Source: Breznakia blatticola (GTDB taxonomy: Bacteria > Bacillota_I > Bacilli_A > Erysipelotrichales > Erysipelotrichaceae). From it: a DNA stretch of 32,000 nt. The stretch spans positions 30,001 to 62,000 of the forward strand of contig NZ_SODD01000002.1 in NCBI RefSeq assembly GCF_004365815.1. Direction: 5' to 3'. This document shows positions 27,846 to 32,000 of the stretch, piece after piece. Numbering within the stretch: position 1 is the first letter of the stretch; each line of letters starts with the position of its first letter. The position numbers and the translations under genes are program-made. Under the pieces are notes generated by a model. That model ran no database searches. It was given only the letters and a program-made list of their open reading frames with translations, and was not told the origin of the DNA.

Positions 27846-28715
27846 ATGAGAAATAAGGGAAAAAGAGTATTACTTAGTTTATTGATGGTCTTTAGTGTAT
27901 GCATACTTGCAACTGCAAGTGTACATGCCGAAGTAGGAAACACTGGAGGCTTTGATGATGGTGGTGGAAGCGATTCTGGTGGTAGTGATTGGTCAAGCTG
28001 GGATAGTGATGATGATTATTCAAGCAGCGGTGGAGGTAGTGGAGAATTCACACCTTTTACAGCATTTGCAATTCTCTTCGGTGTTGGTGTATTTACAATT
28101 GTGATTATCAATAGTCGAAAACCAATTCCAGAAGCAACATCGAGTATAAATGAAGAACAGACCATTCAAGATATACAAGCAAGTGATCCAGAATTTTCTG
28201 CTGATGAATTTAAAACATGGGTTGCAACACTATATATCACATTGCAAGAAGCCTGGGAGGCAAAAAATTGGCATACGGTTCGACCATTTGAGAGTAATGC
28301 ACTATTCAATATGCACAATAAACAAATGGAAGAATATATCGAAAAGAAAATTACGAATAAATTGGATGACCAAGATGTAAAAAGTGTCACACTTGCTAGT
28401 TATAGAATCGATGGAGATCATGAAGTACTCACCGTACAAGTACATGCATCATGTACAGATTACATGGTCGATGATCAAAGTGGAAACATTACTAGTGGAG
28501 ATCCAAACAAAGTATTTAATCGAAAATACCGTTTTGAATTCATTCGTAAAACAGGAGTAAAAACAAGCGCAACTGCAGATGGTTTAGTTCCAAATCAATG
28601 TCCAAATTGTGGAGCACCAATAAAAGTAAATAGCAGTGGTGAATGTGAATATTGTAATTCTGTAATTACTAAAGGTGATTATGGATGGGTATTAAATGTC
28701 TTTAAAGCATGGTAA
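27846..28715 (+). CDS. Paralog B of the preceding gene: signal peptide, Asp/Ser-rich ectodomain, TM, Tim44-like domain plus zinc ribbon
   Basis: Signal peptide '...ATASVHA|EVGNTGGF'. Ectodomain 'DDGGGSDSGGSDWSSWDSDDDYSSSGGGSGE'. TM 'FAILFGVGVFTIVII'. The cytoplasmic domain is collinear with paralog A, including the identical C-terminus 'GDYGWVLNVFKAW'. Confidence 0.7.
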   Translation: MRNKGKRVLLSLLMVFSVCILATASVHAEVGNTGGFDDGGGSDSGGSDWSSWDSDDDYSSSGGGSGEFTPFTAFAILFGVGVFTIVIINSRKPIPEATSSINEEQTIQDIQASDPEFSADEFKTWVATLYITLQEAWEAKNWHTVRPFESNALFNMHNKQMEEYIEKKITNKLDDQDVKSVTLASYRIDGDHEVLTVQVHASCTDYMVDDQSGNITSGDPNKVFNRKYRFEFIRKTGVKTSATADGLVPNQCPNCGAPIKVNSSGECEYCNSVITKGDYGWVLNVFKAW

Positions 28716-28727
28716 AGGAGAAACGAC

Positions 28728-29903
28728 ATGGGTTTAATTAAAGCAGCAATTGCAAGTGCTTCAAGTACACTTGCAGATCAGTGGTTAGAGTATTTCTACT
28801 GTGAGAGTTTAAGCAACAACGAATTAATGAAAAAAGGTGTGAAAGTTGTAAGCAAAGGAAGTAACACCAAAGCAAGTGAAAACATTATTAGTAATGGTAC
28901 AGGTATTGCCATTAATGAAGGGCAAGGAGTAATCATTGTTGAAGATGGAAAAATTGTAGAATTTTGTATGGAACCGGGACGTTTCACTTGGGATTCTTCA
29001 AGTGAACCAAGTTTATTCTCTGGTGGATTTTCTGGCTTGATTGATTCATTTAAAACATTTGGAAAACGTTTTACAATGGGAGGAACACCAGGAAAAGATC
29101 AACGTGTATACTTCATCAATCTAAAAGAAATCTTTGATAATAAGTTTGGAACAGCTTCACCAATGGCATATAAAGATCCAACATATCGTGGAATTTATAT
29201 TCGCTACTATGGACAATATACATTTAAGATTGAAGATCCAATCAAGTTTTATACAAATGTAGCAGGAAACGTTTCTAATACGTATACAAAAGATGAATTT
29301 GATGCACAAAGCAAAGCAGAATTTGTGAATGCATTAGATACAACAATCGCAAAACTAGCAGATGAAAATGTGCAATATAATGACATTCCAAAAAAACAAA
29401 TGGAACTTGCTAAATACATGAACGATGCACTTGATGAAGAGTGGAATGATCGACGTGGAATTGTGATTTCATCAGTTGCAATTGAAAAGGTAACACCAGA
29501 TGATGAAAGTCGTAAACGTATTGAAGATATCGATGATGCGATTATGTACAGTGATAAACGTGTAGCAGCTGGGCGTCTAGTAGATGCACAAGCTTCAGCG
29601 ATGGAAAAAGCAGCAAGTAATGAAGCAGGTGCCATGCAAGGTTTCATGGGGTATGGTATGGCAAACCAAGCAGGAAATAATATTGCTGGAATGTTTGATG
29701 ACAATGCAAAACCAGTAGCAGATCATCCTGTACCAAGTCAAAATGCAACATGGACATGCCCTGAAGACGGTATTCAAAATACAGGAAAATTCTGTATTGA
29801 ATGTGGAAATCCAAAACCAAGTGATGGGACATGGATTTGTCCAAATGATGGGACAAAAAATACAGGTAAATTTTGCAGCGAATGCGGAAAACCGAAAGAA
29901 TAG
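28728..29903 (+). CDS. SPFH/band-7-related protein of the COG4260 (YdjI-like, 'virion core protein-like') family with two C-terminal zinc ribbons
   Basis: N-terminus 'MGLIKAAIASASSTLADQWLEYFYC', 'NGTGIAINEGQGVIIVEDGKIVEF' and 'KDQRVYFINLKEIFDNKFGT' match my recollection of COG4260. C-terminal repeats 'WTCPEDGIQNTGKFCIECGNPKP' and 'WICPNDGTKNTGKFCSECGKPKE'. Confidence 0.75.
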   Translation: MGLIKAAIASASSTLADQWLEYFYCESLSNNELMKKGVKVVSKGSNTKASENIISNGTGIAINEGQGVIIVEDGKIVEFCMEPGRFTWDSSSEPSLFSGGFSGLIDSFKTFGKRFTMGGTPGKDQRVYFINLKEIFDNKFGTASPMAYKDPTYRGIYIRYYGQYTFKIEDPIKFYTNVAGNVSNTYTKDEFDAQSKAEFVNALDTTIAKLADENVQYNDIPKKQMELAKYMNDALDEEWNDRRGIVISSVAIEKVTPDDESRKRIEDIDDAIMYSDKRVAAGRLVDAQASAMEKAASNEAGAMQGFMGYGMANQAGNNIAGMFDDNAKPVADHPVPSQNATWTCPEDGIQNTGKFCIECGNPKPSDGTWICPNDGTKNTGKFCSECGKPKE

Positions 29904-29910
29904 AATCATT

Positions 29911-29937
29911 GGAGGCAGTTAATGCTTCCTTTTTTTT
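29911..29937 (+). terminator. Rho-independent terminator after the SPFH gene
   Basis: ggaggca / tgcttcc stem (one G-U) with loop gttaa, followed by T8. Confidence 0.75.
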
Positions 29938-30035
29938 GTGAAAGTTGTTGCAAAAATGCAAGATTTCTTTATAATTGAATTGTTCTATAAAGAAACATGA
30001 AAAGTTTAGTGTTACTAAACAGAGAGGAGTTATAT

Positions 30036-30566
30036 ATGGATATTGGATTGAAATTAAAAGAACTACGAACCCAGAATGGGTTAACTTTAGATGAATTGAG
30101 CGCCCGTAGTGAACTTTCCAAGGGATTTTTAAGTCAGTTGGAACGTAATCTTACATCACCATCCATCGTAACCCTTCAAGACATTTTAGAAGCACTAGGA
30201 ACAAACTTGTCAGAGTTCTTCAATGAAGAAGAAAATCAAAGTGTTTTTCGTGAAGAGGATTATTACGTTAGTGAAAAGGATGGTATTACCACGACTTTTG
30301 TTGTGCCTAATGCACAGAAAAATGATATGGAACCAATTCTTTTGACACTCGATGCGAAAAGTAGATCGCAGAGTATTAATCCACATGAAGGAGAAGAATT
30401 TGGGTATGTTATCAAAGGAAATGTCACGCTAGTTAATGGGGATAAAAGCGACGAACTTAAACAAGGAGAAACCTTTTATTTGAATGGAAAACATATTCAC
30501 TATCTTGTGAATGATTCCAACAATGAGGCAACAATTATTTGGGTTATGAGCCCACCAAATTTTTAA
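30036..30566 (+). CDS. XRE-family HTH plus cupin-domain regulator (PuuR-like), likely regulator of the downstream pot operon
   Basis: The RBS agaggag lies upstream of the ATG at 30036. HTH 'LKELRTQNGLTLDELSARSELSKGFLSQLERN'. C-terminal cupin 'HEGEEFGYVIKG...ETFYLNGKHIHY'. Confidence 0.85.
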   Translation: MDIGLKLKELRTQNGLTLDELSARSELSKGFLSQLERNLTSPSIVTLQDILEALGTNLSEFFNEEENQSVFREEDYYVSEKDGITTTFVVPNAQKNDMEPILLTLDAKSRSQSINPHEGEEFGYVIKGNVTLVNGDKSDELKQGETFYLNGKHIHYLVNDSNNEATIIWVMSPPNF

Positions 30567-30578
30567 AAGGAGAACATT

Positions 30579-32000
30579 ATGAACAAGATTATTCAGTTTA
30601 AAAATATCGTAAAAAGCTTTGATGACCAAGTCATCTTAAAGGGGATTACGTTAGATATTTATGAAAATGAATTCGTAACTTTACTTGGACCATCTGGTTG
30701 TGGGAAAACCACATTATTACGAATTTTGGGAGGATTTTTAGAAGCTGATTCTGGTGAAGTGATTTTTGATAATGAAAATATTGCAGATTTACCACCATAT
30801 AAAAGAGAGTTAAATACAGTATTTCAAAAGTATGCATTATTTCCGCATATGAATGTATTTGATAATATTGCATTTGGTTTGAAAATTAAAAAGATGAGTG
30901 ATGATGTCATTCGTCAAAAAGTTACACGTATGTTGAAATTAGTAAACTTAGAAGGGTATGAGGATCGTAAAATTGATCAACTTTCTGGTGGACAACAACA
31001 ACGTATTGCAATTGCACGTGCACTTGTAAATGAACCAAAAGTACTGTTACTTGATGAACCACTAGGAGCACTAGATTTAAAACTTAGAAAAGAAATGCAA
31101 CTGGAATTAAAAAAGATTCAACAAGAAGTTGGAATCACATTTATTTATGTAACACATGACCAAGAAGAAGCACTAACGATGTCAGATAAAATCGTGGTTA
31201 TGCGTGAAGGAGAAATTGAACAAGTAGGTACACCTGTAGATATTTACAATGAACCAGTAAACGAGTATGTTGCAAACTTCATCGGAGAAAGTAATGTCAT
31301 CGATGGTGTAATGAAAGAAGATTACCTTGTCTCTTTTGATGATAAAGATTACACATGTGTCGATCATGGATTTAAAGAAAATGAAGAAGTAGATATCGTG
31401 ATTCGTCCTGAAGATATTGAAATTGTTGGGCGCGGACGCGGGGTTCTGAATGGGAAAGTAAAATCGATGTTATTTAAAGGAGTACATAATGAAATTATTG
31501 TGGAAACAGCACGTGGGAGTCATGTCGAAGTAACTATGACCATCTATAATAAAGAACCAATCTTTAATGAAGATGCTGGAGAATACATTAGTGCCAACAA
31601 CTTCTATGTCGATGTACAAGATTTCGATGAATTGACAGATGATGATATTATCGCTCGTGCAGATGCACAAGCTTGGGATGCTGAAACTGAAGAATATGTT
31701 GGATTTTCCAATGTGACATATGAAGAATTAGTAGGTGAAGATACATACCCAGTTACTTTCTCAACAAGTAAAGGAACAAGTATTACCATTCAAATGATTG
31801 GGGTAAAACAACGCTATATTCAAGATGAGAAAAAACGTATTGGGATTGCAGCTTTTGATTTCTTTAAAACACTTGATGAAATTGAAGAATCACAAGCACT
31901 TGATACAGATTTAAAGACTTGGGCAGATGCAGTAAGTTGGGATTTAGATACAGATGAAGCAATTGAAGTGCGTAATGTTGATTACGATTTTGAAATTGAA
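30579..32000 (+). CDS. potA: Spermidine/putrescine ABC transporter ATPase PotA, 3'-partial (open to the window end), with atypical extended C-terminal region
   Basis: Not in the supplied ORF track because no stop is reached; translated by hand. RBS aaaggaga lies 5 nt upstream of the ATG. Walker A 'GPSGCGKTT', 'LSGGQQQR', 'LLLDEP', 'YVTHDQEEA', and PotA-type '[12 protein letters not shown]...IRPEDI'. 474 codons are open. Confidence 0.85.
   Translation, partial: MNKIIQFKNIVKSFDDQVILKGITLDIYENEFVTLLGPSGCGKTTLLRILGGFLEADSGEVIFDNENIADLPPYKRELNTVFQKYALFPHMNVFDNIAFGLKIKKMSDDVIRQKVTRMLKLVNLEGYEDRKIDQLSGGQQQRIAIARALVNEPKVLLLDEPLGALDLKLRKEMQLELKKIQQEVGITFIYVTHDQEEALTMSDKIVVMREGEIEQVGTPVDIYNEPVNEYVANFIGESNVIDGVMKEDYLVSFDDKDYTCVDHGFKENEEVDIVIRPEDIEIVGRGRGVLNGKVKSMLFKGVHNEIIVETARGSHVEVTMTIYNKEPIFNEDAGEYISANNFYVDVQDFDELTDDDIIARADAQAWDAETEEYVGFSNVTYEELVGEDTYPVTFSTSKGTSITIQMIGVKQRYIQDEKKRIGIAAFDFFKTLDEIEESQALDTDLKTWADAVSWDLDTDEAIEVRNVDYDFEIE

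Noticed and set aside
29249-29961. Three overlapping minus-strand ORFs (151, 104 and 105 aa)
   Set aside because: They are antisense to the SPFH/zinc-ribbon gene, which has clear family motifs. They are low-complexity, have no RBS, and overlap each other in different frames.
1-32000. tRNA, rRNA, CRISPR, IS elements with terminal inverted repeats, and prophage structural genes
   Set aside because: Scanning intergenic regions by eye found no T-loop (GGTTCGAAT-like) or cloverleaf candidates. It also found no spaced direct-repeat arrays, no transposase-like ORFs, and no capsid, tail or terminase-like ORFs.

Overview
AT-rich Bacillota-type chromosomal segment; the gene content and cell-wall sorting-like signals suggest a gut Erysipelotrichia or Clostridia-like organism, which is inference only. 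Every credible gene (about 30 CDS) lies on the + strand, and all minus-strand ORFs in the track look like antisense shadows. No rRNA, tRNA or CRISPR was found. Most of the window is housekeeping or accessory metabolism: rluF-like, ROK kinase, murB, TtcA-like PP-loop ATPase, PadR plus HAAS membrane partner, nagB, Cof phosphatase, trxA, LCP, and an XRE-cupin regulator followed by potA. Four regions stand out. (1) About 812-4862: a small decayed integrative element sits in the 3' end of a RumA/RlmD-family rRNA methyltransferase gene. It carries a large serine recombinase inactivated by three homopolymer frameshifts, a 5'-truncated relic ORF, and one intact cytoplasmic trypsin-like serine protease as the only obvious cargo. 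The insertion appears to swap C-termini between rumA and the recombinase. (2) 26924-29903: two tandem paralogous signal-peptide/TM/Tim44-like/zinc-ribbon proteins are followed by an SPFH (COG4260, YdjI-like) protein with a duplicated C-terminal zinc ribbon. This is a Psp-associated-type membrane module with no pspA in the window. (3) 15113-20591: two translationally coupled, wall-anchored putative glycan hydrolases share a non-canonical sorting-like C-terminus. (4) 30579 to the window end: potA runs off the window, so it is absent from the ORF track. It carries an atypical repeat-containing C-terminal extension. I could not run homology searches, so all family calls rest on motifs read directly from the translations.
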